Below, one piece after another: positions 38,907 to 46,999 of a stretch of 64,000 nt of DNA; within the stretch, counting starts at the first letter, position 1, and each line of letters opens with the position of its first letter. The notes below the pieces were generated by a model. It had not been told where the DNA came from. It saw only the letters and a list, made by a program, of their open reading frames with translations, and searched no databases. This stretch comes from Candidatus Obscuribacteraceae bacterium. Lineage in GTDB: Bacteria; Cyanobacteriota; Vampirovibrionia; Obscuribacterales; Obscuribacteraceae. Location of the stretch: contig JBGASG010000001.1 of the NCBI GenBank assembly GCA_044229845.1, positions 800,001 through 864,000 on the forward strand. The letters are read 5' to 3'. The translations under genes and the position numbers were made by a program.

Positions 38907-39899
38907 ATGAACACTGCATATAACAACTCAATAGATGAACGCAAAAACGATGCGGACTATCTCGCGTCGGCGATCACAATCAGCGATGAAGAAACGTTTC
39001 TGCAACTGGTCAAGGAACTGGCTCAGGGTGCGGAAGCCCTGACCAGTGAAGCCGAGCAACCGGCGCAGCCGACACTTGCGCAATCTCTTCTTCAGTCGCG
39101 CAAAAACACCGGCTCTCTCTTGGGCAGCAGCTCAACTTGTGATGATGATATTGCCTGGCCAGAAGATCCGGTGAAACAACCTGTTGTCGAAAGCCCTCAG
39201 GTTACCTCCGGGCGCCGTCGTCTGCGCTACATGCAAGCGGACGAACCTTGCAATCACGAACTTTGCGAAATCACCACGCGCACCACGTTCAAAGAATACT
39301 GTGCCCGCATGGGCGTGCGCCTGGTATCGCGTTGCCTGGGCAGAGAAGACGTTCACTTGCCGCCCTATCTCGATGTGGTGGCAGAAGCGTACTATCGGCG
39401 CAAGCTCTTCGATCAAGCGGAACAAATCCACATGCGGTCGCTGGCTTTGCGTCGGTTTCATCTGGGACGTCTGCATGAAGACTGCGCCCTCAATCTGGAA
39501 GGGCTGGCGCGCATCAAGCGTGATACAGGCAAGTGTGGAATTGCTGCGCGCCACTTCAAAGAAGCCATCGAAGTGCGCGCTAAGTGTGTGCGCAAGTTGA
39601 TGTTTTTTGACATCAACGGACTTTGCGAAGATAAGGCAACGGCCAGGTCGATTGTCGCTCTACTTGGCACAGTCAACGAACTGGCAATGATGTACTGCTC
39701 CGAAGGGAAATATGAGGAGAGCCAGAAACAGTTCGAGCATGCTCTGGCTGTCTGGAACAGCCTGCCTCTGATTTGCTCGGAGGCGTTGCTTGTTCTCCTG
39801 CGATCCATTTTGCTCAACTACAAATACTTGCTGGTGCGAATGGATCGCTATGAAGAAGCCGAAGCGATCGAGCGCCGCCGACGCTATCTATATGACTGA
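38907..39899 (+). CDS. TPR-repeat protein (kinesin-light-chain-like TPRs)
   Basis: AEQIHMRSLALRRFHLGRLHED.A..L..LA pattern; GKYEESQKQFEHAL. Confidence 0.8.
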   Translation: MNTAYNNSIDERKNDADYLASAITISDEETFLQLVKELAQGAEALTSEAEQPAQPTLAQSLLQSRKNTGSLLGSSSTCDDDIAWPEDPVKQPVVESPQVTSGRRRLRYMQADEPCNHELCEITTRTTFKEYCARMGVRLVSRCLGREDVHLPPYLDVVAEAYYRRKLFDQAEQIHMRSLALRRFHLGRLHEDCALNLEGLARIKRDTGKCGIAARHFKEAIEVRAKCVRKLMFFDINGLCEDKATARSIVALLGTVNELAMMYCSEGKYEESQKQFEHALAVWNSLPLICSEALLVLLRSILLNYKYLLVRMDRYEEAEAIERRRRYLYD

Positions 39900-39930
39900 A
39901 TTTTCTTCCGTCCGTAACTAATGGTTCCTG

Positions 39931-40040
39931 CACACAGGCCTCGTGGCCTGCGAATCTGCTGCTGCTTCCCTTCTGGAGGGCAGCAGCAGGTTGTGTTGGG
40001 CGTTCTGAGATCTCTTGCCAAGTGAGACCTTGAACGTGTG
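39931..40040. ncRNA. Candidate structured RNA (four-way junction), unidentified
   Basis: Nested stems caca/tgtg, caggcc/ggcctg, aatctgctgctg/cagcagcaggtt, cgttc/gaacg in intergenic DNA. Confidence 0.3.
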
Positions 40041-40123
40041 TCCTTGGATTGTATACAATTTTCGACTCGGCAACCTTTGTCTCGCGCACAGCGCCGCAAT
40101 ATATCGCCCTGGAGAATCCGCAC

Positions 40124-40558
40124 ATGAAACTCAAAGTTGTAGTTCCCGTGGTGTCCATCATCGTTCTGGTGGCGGTCGCCGCCTGCGGCTGGGCGTACAT
40201 GAACGCCCAGAACCAACAGGCTGATGCAGAGCGCGAATCGAACATGTCGGTGCTGGATGGCGGTCGAAGGAACCCGAACACCACCATTGTCAAAGCTGCC
40301 AAGGACATTCATAAAGGGCAGACGATTGCCCCGGACGACCTGGAAGAAAGTTCAATTCCTATCTCAAAGGTTCCTGAGAGCGCGCTGGGCTCGTCGTCTA
40401 TGGCGGGTGGCAGAGTTGCAGCTGTGGACATAGCCCAGGGGACGGTACTTCTTTCTGGACACCTGGTAGCACAGATCGCACCATCAGCCTCACAAGAGTC
40501 TAGGAGCAGCGACGCCACTGCAGCCAAGCCTCATAAGAAACACGGAAAACACAAGTAG
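40124..40558 (+). CDS. Membrane-anchored SAF-domain protein (CpaB/FlgA-like)
   Basis: N-terminal TM; VKAAKDIHKGQTIAPDDL...GRVAAVDIAQGTVL. Confidence 0.85.
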   Translation: MKLKVVVPVVSIIVLVAVAACGWAYMNAQNQQADAERESNMSVLDGGRRNPNTTIVKAAKDIHKGQTIAPDDLEESSIPISKVPESALGSSSMAGGRVAAVDIAQGTVLLSGHLVAQIAPSASQESRSSDATAAKPHKKHGKHK

Positions 40559-40578
40559 CTGCGCGCGGAGGATTCGTT

Positions 40579-40722
40579 GTGAAACCAAAAGTTGTTGTCG
40601 CTGTCGTATCGGTGATCGTTCTAGTCGCAATCGCTGCTTGTGCATGGGCATACATGAGGGCCCAGAGTGAGAAGGCCGAGCAGGACGCGAAAGCAAACAT
40701 GAGTGTAATTGACGGACCTTAG
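40579..40722 (+). pseudogene. 47-aa truncated paralog of the SAF-protein N-terminus (absent from ORF track)
   Basis: GGAGGA RBS, GTG start, VKPKVVVAVVSVIVLVAIAACAWAYMRAQSEKAEQDAKANMSVIDGP then TAG. Confidence 0.75.
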
Positions 40723-40757
40723 ATGGATAGCGGATGCGCACCAGGAGTAGTGGCACT

Positions 40758-41186
40758 GTGAAAAATGACAAGGTGATGAAGCGGGTTTCGGTAATCGTTG
40801 GCGTGATCGTCCTGGTGGCAACCGGAGCCTGTGCCTGGGCGTATTTTAGCCATGGTACCGGTGGAGGTGCCGAATTCGAAGACGGGGCTAACCTACGGCG
40901 GTCGTCGGAAAGCGTGGACAAAGGCATGGTTGTGCGCGCGACCAAAGACATCCCAGAAGGATCGTTGATTGACCCGAGTTATTTGGAAGAATTGTCCATC
41001 GACCAAAGCAAAATTCCAGAATCGGCCATAAGCTCACCGGCGCTGGCCGCTGGTTTGTATGCCTCAGTGCCTATTGCCCAGGGTACAGTTATCCTCCAGG
41101 GGCACTTGAAGCACATATCGCCGCCGCAAGCTAAAACCGAACCTGCCACCAAACCAAAGTCCGGTGCCAAAAAGAAGCACGGCTAG
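40758..41186 (+). CDS. Membrane-anchored SAF-domain protein
   Basis: AGGAG RBS before GTG; VVRATKDIPEGSLID...IAQGTVI. Confidence 0.85.
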   Translation: MKNDKVMKRVSVIVGVIVLVATGACAWAYFSHGTGGGAEFEDGANLRRSSESVDKGMVVRATKDIPEGSLIDPSYLEELSIDQSKIPESAISSPALAAGLYASVPIAQGTVILQGHLKHISPPQAKTEPATKPKSGAKKKHG

Positions 41187-41332
41187 GCGGTAGTATCACA
41201 TCTGGTGCTTAAGCTCTCTCTGACTCCGACGGATTTCAGCGAAGAGCCATACATACATCCGGGGCGTAATGGAGGCATTCCTGCGGCATAATGACCTGGG
41301 AACTGCATATATAAGTATTCGGAGATGTATAT

Positions 41333-42196
41333 ATGGCACCGAGAGCAATCTGGAGCGGCGTTTTAACCTTCGGAATGGTCAGCATTCCAATCAAGCTGTA
41401 CACCGCGACGGAGAACAAAGACATCTCCTTCAACCAGCTGCACAGGGATTGCATGGCGCGTATCAAGCAACAGCGCGTCTGCTCAGCCTGCGAAAAGCAA
41501 CTGGAGTCGGACGATATTGAAAAGGGCTATGAGTACGGCAAAGGTCAATACGTGCTGGTGTCGGACGAAGACCTTGAGAAACTGCCGCTGCCGAACAAGG
41601 GTGCCATTGAGATTTCGACCTTTGTGAAAGCTGAAGAAATCGATCCTGTCTATTACGACAAGAGCTACTACGTAGAACCTGATGAGGCTGCGAAGAAACC
41701 CTTCAAGCTCTTCATGCAGTCGATGCTGAACAAAAACATGACCGCTGTGGCGTCGGTTGCGATCCGCAACAAACAGCGACTCTGCGCGTTGCGCCCATTG
41801 GACGGCACTTTGATGATGAGCACTTTGCTCTACCCGGATGAAATTCGCGTTGAGAAGGGCAAGGCACTCCCGAGCGTTGAGGTGTCCGATAAAGAGCTGG
41901 GCATGGCTGATTCGCTGATCGACATGATGACCGAGCCATTCGATGCCACCGCTTACAAAGATCATTATCGCGAGGCGTTGCTCTCCATTATCGAAGCAAA
42001 ACTGGACGGCAAAGAAGTGGTGGCAGCTCCTGCAGCACCGACCGGCAAGGTGGTCGATTTGATGGAAGCGCTGCAAGCATCTATGGAATCGCTCAAGAAC
42101 AAGAAGAAGACAGACGCCGAGCAACCCAAAGAACCGGTGGCCGCCGCGACGGCGACTGCTGCTTCCAAACGCAGCAAGAAAGCAGCCACAGGCTAG
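41333..42196 (+). CDS. ku: Non-homologous end joining protein Ku
   Basis: RAIWSGVLTFGMVSIPIKLYTAT, KGYEY, YYDKSYY, VVDLMEALQAS, Lys/Ala-rich tail. Confidence 0.97.
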   Translation: MAPRAIWSGVLTFGMVSIPIKLYTATENKDISFNQLHRDCMARIKQQRVCSACEKQLESDDIEKGYEYGKGQYVLVSDEDLEKLPLPNKGAIEISTFVKAEEIDPVYYDKSYYVEPDEAAKKPFKLFMQSMLNKNMTAVASVAIRNKQRLCALRPLDGTLMMSTLLYPDEIRVEKGKALPSVEVSDKELGMADSLIDMMTEPFDATAYKDHYREALLSIIEAKLDGKEVVAAPAAPTGKVVDLMEALQASMESLKNKKKTDAEQPKEPVAAATATAASKRSKKAATG

Positions 42197-42222
42197 AGTT
42201 TCCTGGCTACAATCAATAGATT

Positions 42223-44427
42223 ATGAGCCGCTTGCAAATTGCTGAGCTTGAGAGCGCGCGTAAAGCGCTGTTTCCGTCCGCGATTACGCCGATGCTGGCC
42301 AGCCCGACGGAAAAGCCGTTCGCTTCCGACACCTGGATATTCGAGCCCAAGCTGGACGGTATTCGCTGTCTGGCGGCCGTACAAAACGGCAAGGTGACTT
42401 TGCTGTCACGGCGCGGGCTCAACATGACTCATCAGTATCCGGCGCTGGTGGCCAGCCTGGAGAAATCCGTCGATGTCGATATCATCTTGGACGGCGAGAT
42501 CATTGCGTTGGACGAAGACTGCCGACCCTCGTTCCAGCTTTTGCAGCAGCGGATAAACTTGACGAAACGGACGGACATCGATCGTGCCGATGCACGCATT
42601 CCCGCATACTTTTTTGTATTTGACGTGCCCTTCGCCGATGGACATTCGCTGGCGGCGGTTCCGCTCATGCAGCGCAAGGAAGTGCTGAAGGCGTTCGTGT
42701 CGCCATCCGATCATGTGCGTGTTCTCGATCACTTTGAGCGTGAAGGTGTAGCAGCTTATACAGCGTGCATCGATAGCGGTTTTGAAGGCATCGTCGCCAA
42801 ACGGCGCGACAGTCGCTATGAGATGGGGCGAAGATCGCCGGCATGGCTCAAATTGAAAGCTCAACAGACAGGCGACTTCATCATCGTCGGCTATGCGGCG
42901 GGACAGGGGTGGCGGAGCACCACATTCGGCTCTCTGCTCCTGGCTTACTACGATGATGGCGGCAAGCTAATCTATGCAGGCAGCGTCGGCACAGGATTCG
43001 ACGACAAGCTGATTCGCGAACTCGTAACCCGCTTCGATCCTCTGATTACCAAGAAAAAGAACTTTGCCAAGCCGCCGGAAGGCAAAGAGGCGATCACGTG
43101 GTTGATACCGGAATTGGTGGCAGAGATAAAGTTCATGGACTGGACTCACGGGCTGCATCTGCGTTCGCCCGTGTTTTTGCGTTTGCGTGATGACAAGGCG
43201 GCGACCGACATAACGTATCAGGCTACGTTCGGATCGGTGAAGGTTATGGAAGTCGCCGAAGCATCTACTCCAACGTACGTCGCTGTCAGTGCCGGCACGG
43301 CAGGGACGGCAGCTGACGCGGAAGTGCCCCGGGTGGCGGAATTGCAATTGGAACGCCGCGGGGATGACCGAATCTCTTCGATCATCGAGCAGCTAGGAAA
43401 TAAGAAAGAAACTTTCAGTCTGTTCGTCGGCACCGAAACCATTTCATTGACGACCCTCAAAAAGGAATTCTGGCCGGCTGGCGAGGCATCACCGGTGGTG
43501 ACGAAGCGTGACTACCTGATCTACCTGGCGACCATCTCGCCATACCTGCTGCCCCATCTGGCGGGGCGACCATTGACCGTGGTGCGAGCCCCGAACGGGG
43601 TATTGAAGAAACCGTTTTTTCAGAAACACTGGTTCGACCTGCCGGAGTTTTTCGAGACCACCGGAAAAGTCGATGTGGACGGCGAAGACCAGGAGTTTCT
43701 CCTGTGCAATAACCTGGCCACTCTGTTGTACCTGGGTCAGCACAGTGCGCTGGAGTTGCATACGATGGGTGCGCGTGTGCATGGATTCCAGCCTGGCGAG
43801 GGACCGGCTGGCGAAGCTACTTCCAGGACGGAACCCGGCGAGATAACTAATGAACTGCTCGAGTATCCGGATTTTCTGGTGCTCGATCTCGATGTGCATG
43901 AAGAAGGGCATAAATCCAAGCCTGCGACCACCGCGCGTGAGGCGGAGTTTGGCTGGGTTTGCGAGGTTGCCCAGGCGCTCAGAGAACCGCTGCGAGCAAT
44001 AGGCGCCGATCCCTTCGTAAAAGTCTCGGGCAAGGGCGGCTTGCACCTCTATGTTCCGATTCAGAGAAACCTGGATTACGACCACGCGCGGGTGATCAGT
44101 GAGACGCTCGGGCAGCATGCGACGAAACTGAAACCGCACCTGGCAACCACCGCGTTCAAAGTGGAGGCGCGAGTCGGAAAGGTATATGTCGATACCAGTT
44201 CGAATATACATCGGAAGACAATGATTGCTCCTTACTCGCCGAGGCTCACTGCTCTGGGCACCGTCTCGATGCCGGTTAAATGGAATGAACTTGATGCCGG
44301 CAAGTGGATTCCCTGCCGTATGTCCGACGCTGTGCAGCGTCTGAAAACGCAAGGGGATCTCTGGGAGAATATTCTCAAGTCGCGGGTCGACATGCACCGC
44401 AGTATATCCGGCGCAAATAAATCGTAG
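42223..44427 (+). CDS. ligD: DNA ligase D (ligase-OB-polymerase; no phosphoesterase domain seen)
   Basis: EPKLDG adenylation motif, EGIVAKR, WLKLK, VGTGF; PrimPol motifs LDLD, SGKGGLH, VYVD. Confidence 0.95.
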   Translation: MSRLQIAELESARKALFPSAITPMLASPTEKPFASDTWIFEPKLDGIRCLAAVQNGKVTLLSRRGLNMTHQYPALVASLEKSVDVDIILDGEIIALDEDCRPSFQLLQQRINLTKRTDIDRADARIPAYFFVFDVPFADGHSLAAVPLMQRKEVLKAFVSPSDHVRVLDHFEREGVAAYTACIDSGFEGIVAKRRDSRYEMGRRSPAWLKLKAQQTGDFIIVGYAAGQGWRSTTFGSLLLAYYDDGGKLIYAGSVGTGFDDKLIRELVTRFDPLITKKKNFAKPPEGKEAITWLIPELVAEIKFMDWTHGLHLRSPVFLRLRDDKAATDITYQATFGSVKVMEVAEASTPTYVAVSAGTAGTAADAEVPRVAELQLERRGDDRISSIIEQLGNKKETFSLFVGTETISLTTLKKEFWPAGEASPVVTKRDYLIYLATISPYLLPHLAGRPLTVVRAPNGVLKKPFFQKHWFDLPEFFETTGKVDVDGEDQEFLLCNNLATLLYLGQHSALELHTMGARVHGFQPGEGPAGEATSRTEPGEITNELLEYPDFLVLDLDVHEEGHKSKPATTAREAEFGWVCEVAQALREPLRAIGADPFVKVSGKGGLHLYVPIQRNLDYDHARVISETLGQHATKLKPHLATTAFKVEARVGKVYVDTSSNIHRKTMIAPYSPRLTALGTVSMPVKWNELDAGKWIPCRMSDAVQRLKTQGDLWENILKSRVDMHRSISGANKS

Positions 44428-44496
44428 ACGCCGAGCGCATAGCATCATCATGCGCAATGCCTAACATGCATAACGAATGGCTTCGCAAGCCGCTCG

Positions 44497-44525
44497 TTGA
44501 CCGGTTTGTATGCACGATCTACTAT
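44497..44525 (+). promoter_or_regulatory. Sigma70-type promoter for the retron (TTGACC-17-TACTAT)
   Basis: -35 at 44497-44502, -10 at 44520-44525; predicted start a few nt before a1. Confidence 0.75.
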
Positions 44526-44537
44526 GACCGGCATCGT

Positions 44538-44694
44538 AGAAGAGTACGTTCTGGATCCGCAATTAGCGGGTGATGGTTGATGTTTCGTCAACCGAGGTGT
44601 GGATAACACCGCCAGACGGAGAAATCGCGCTTTCGCGCCATTCTCCTTGCACCAGGTACTCAAGCAACGTTCTTCAGGCAGAACGTACTCTTCT
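44538..44694 (+). ncRNA. Retron msr-msd non-coding RNA
   Basis: Perfect 16-bp IR AGAAGAGTACGTTCTG (44538-44553) / CAGAACGTACTCTTCT (44679-44694); unpaired G44554; hairpins 44555-44571, 44575-44593, 44596-44610, 44618-44646; directly upstream of a retron RT. Confidence 0.88.
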
Positions 44695-44730
44695 CAAATT
44701 TCCTCCAAACTTCCGTAGGCGGTCGTAACT

Positions 44731-45621
44731 GTGCAAGCGAAAAGCGGCGTTCATGCATTGCAGATGGATCTGGCGTGCATCTCTGTTCATACCGGCGTCT
44801 CACTGATTGAGCTCTACCAGTTTGTCCGGCAGGGCGACCGTCATTACCGGACGTTTCGCATCCCGAAAAAGTCGGGCGGCTTTCGCAAGATACAGGCTCC
44901 CAGTGTTTCCTTGAAAATCGTGCAGCGCTGGATCGGTGCAACCTTGCTGGGCAGCCTGCCGCTTGCCGATGCCTGCACCGGCTATCGCAAAGGTCAATCA
45001 ATCGTCTCAAATGCCGCTCCCCATGCGGGTTCCGACTTTGTGTTCAATGTAGACATCGAACGTTTCTTCCCATCTATTACTGCGCCGCGTGTCAAAGAGC
45101 TCTTCGAGTCGCTCGGGTACAACAGCAAAACGGCCGGGCAACTGACTGCCTTAACTACCGTCAATGGCGTTTTGCCTCAAGGCGCGCCTTCGTCGCCGCA
45201 GATCGCCAATTTGATCTGTGCCCGTCTCGATGAGCGTTTAGAAGAATTTGCCGCGCGCCATGGTTTTGCATTCACTCGCTACTGTGATGACATCACCATT
45301 TCCGGTAAAGGTAGTTTCCGCCGCCGGCAGCGCACCGTATTCGATATCATCGAATCAGAAGGTTTTGCCGTCAATCACAGCAAGGTTCGCCTCGCCTATC
45401 GCGGGCAGCGGCAGGAGGTAACCGGACTGGTAGTCAATTCGTTCGTCAATTTGCCGCGTGAGCGCCGCCGCTTGATACGGGCGATGGTGCACCGTTTCGG
45501 AGCCGGCGAATGTGAGCGGTGGGACGATATGATGCTTTCGACGCAAATGCATGGGCAACTCAGTTATCTGAAGATGGTGCGTCCGGCTGACCGCCTTCTG
45601 AATACAGCCAACGGTCAGTGA
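44731..45621 (+). CDS. Retron-type reverse transcriptase (alternative start ATG 44764)
   Basis: IPKKSGGFRKI, NAAPH (region X), DIERFFPSI, LPQGAPSSP, YCDD, VTG (region Y). Confidence 0.95.
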   Translation: MQAKSGVHALQMDLACISVHTGVSLIELYQFVRQGDRHYRTFRIPKKSGGFRKIQAPSVSLKIVQRWIGATLLGSLPLADACTGYRKGQSIVSNAAPHAGSDFVFNVDIERFFPSITAPRVKELFESLGYNSKTAGQLTALTTVNGVLPQGAPSSPQIANLICARLDERLEEFAARHGFAFTRYCDDITISGKGSFRRRQRTVFDIIESEGFAVNHSKVRLAYRGQRQEVTGLVVNSFVNLPRERRRLIRAMVHRFGAGECERWDDMMLSTQMHGQLSYLKMVRPADRLLNTANGQ

Positions 45622-46082
45622 ACAGCCGCCTTTCTAAATTCATCAACAACTGGACGTTCACTCGCTCTTTGAGTTTGGATTTGCTGCGTTCACTGGGAGA
45701 TGACCAGCTCGACTGGAGTCCTGGACCAGGCGTAGGCACCTTTGCCAAGCAGTTTCGCCATATCGGACGCGTGCAGGAAAATTACATGGCTGCACTTGAT
45801 ACGGGCGTCATTCAATTTTCGACAGCCAACACCAGCTATGGTGGCGGCAGCGATATCGATGCACTGTGCAATTATCTGGCGCAGCTGGATAATCGTCTGC
45901 GTGCCAGGCTCGAAACCATAGACGACGGCATGACGATCGATTGGTTTGGTGAGCAGGTTTCGCTGTGGGAGCATCTCGCCCGCATGGACAGCCACGAGAC
46001 TTTGCACCACGGGCAGTGGATTGTGTACTGTCAGTTGCTGGGTAAACCCTTTCCACCCAGCTGGTCTGTCTGGGGGCTCTGA
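45618..46082 (+). CDS. DinB/YfiT-family protein, candidate retron partner
   Basis: His triad FRHI...HETLHHGQ; GTG start overlaps the RT stop (GTGA). Confidence 0.88.
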   Translation: MNSRLSKFINNWTFTRSLSLDLLRSLGDDQLDWSPGPGVGTFAKQFRHIGRVQENYMAALDTGVIQFSTANTSYGGGSDIDALCNYLAQLDNRLRARLETIDDGMTIDWFGEQVSLWEHLARMDSHETLHHGQWIVYCQLLGKPFPPSWSVWGL

Positions 46083-46098
46083 TCAGAAAGCCGGCGAG

Positions 46099-46851
46099 TC
46101 AATCGACCCGCGAGTCATCGATCTTGTCGAAGAAACCATCCAGCTGCCAGATCAAGAGTGACTCCGCATCGGCGGGTCTGGCGATTACCTGCGGCACCAA
46201 TGCATGTCCGGTGGTGACGCGGGGCGGCTGATTGCCGCCCGACAATGATTGCGGCTTCTCCAGCGGGTCCATGCGCCAGAATTCATAGACCACCTCGCCA
46301 AAGATTTTGCCGCCTTTGGCAAATGTTTTGACCGTGATCTGCAATTCAGCCGAATCCGCCCCGACTGCTGCCTGGGGGAGCAGATCGATGTCGTGCACCT
46401 CGAACAGTTTGTTGATGCGAATGCGCACGCCGGGCTGGTTAGGTTCCCACAGCGATCCTGGAGCTGCCTTCAGCATCAGGTGCACTTTCTTGATTCCGTA
46501 ATATGGATCAGTCAACGTATAGTCTGGATCGGAGCGCAGTTTCTTCAGGTTGGTCTGCGCTTCGTCGATGTATACCTGGTTTTTCGCTTCGCGTGCCGCC
46601 TTCAGGAAGTGGCGGGCGGCATCGATGCGCGTGATCTTCAGTTTTTCGTCGAGAGCCAGCCCCTTGTGGTAAAGGTCGGCAGCCTGCGCCCACATGTGGC
46701 GCTGAAACTGATCCTCCGCCTTTGTGAACGTGTCCCATGATTCGTCGATGCCGGCCGACGGGGAACTTGCCGCAGACGGGCGTGCGCAGATAGACAGCAG
46801 ACAGAGAAGCGCTGTCATTGTTATTGCCGGCAATCGGTGCCACGGGGTCAT
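46099..46851 (-). CDS. Secreted hypothetical protein with TPR-like N-terminal helices
   Basis: GGAG RBS; signal peptide; AADLYHKGLALD. Confidence 0.7.
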   Translation of the reverse strand: MTPWHRLPAITMTALLCLLSICARPSAASSPSAGIDESWDTFTKAEDQFQRHMWAQAADLYHKGLALDEKLKITRIDAARHFLKAAREAKNQVYIDEAQTNLKKLRSDPDYTLTDPYYGIKKVHLMLKAAPGSLWEPNQPGVRIRINKLFEVHDIDLLPQAAVGADSAELQITVKTFAKGGKIFGEVVYEFWRMDPLEKPQSLSGGNQPPRVTTGHALVPQVIARPADAESLLIWQLDGFFDKIDDSRVD

Positions 46852-46999
46852 AGGTGATGTTTCTCCAAGAGTTCAATACCCGCTGGGCGCTTAAAACGAG
46901 CTTGCGCTAACTGTTGCAATCGCGGGTCTTCGTGCTTTCCCGATTGCCCGCCTGTCTGGTCTGTCTAATAATGTCAACCAGGCTGGAAAGCGAGACGAC

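Noticed and set aside
39953..40036. SRP RNA (GGAAGCAGC on minus strand) or 6S RNA (ACCTTGAAC)
   Set aside because: Lacks the SRP CAGG loop and GNRA cap, and lacks the 6S partner strand and long rod; kept only as an unassigned structure.
44523..44727. Outer stem TATGACCG / CGGTCGTA extending a1/a2
   Set aside because: The left arm overlaps the -10 box and lies upstream of the predicted transcription start.
44731..45621. RT as group II intron, DGR, CRISPR-associated or Abi-type RT
   Set aside because: Short, with retron NAxxH and VTG motifs and an a1/a2 RNA; no maturase or endonuclease domain, TR/VR pair or cas genes seen.
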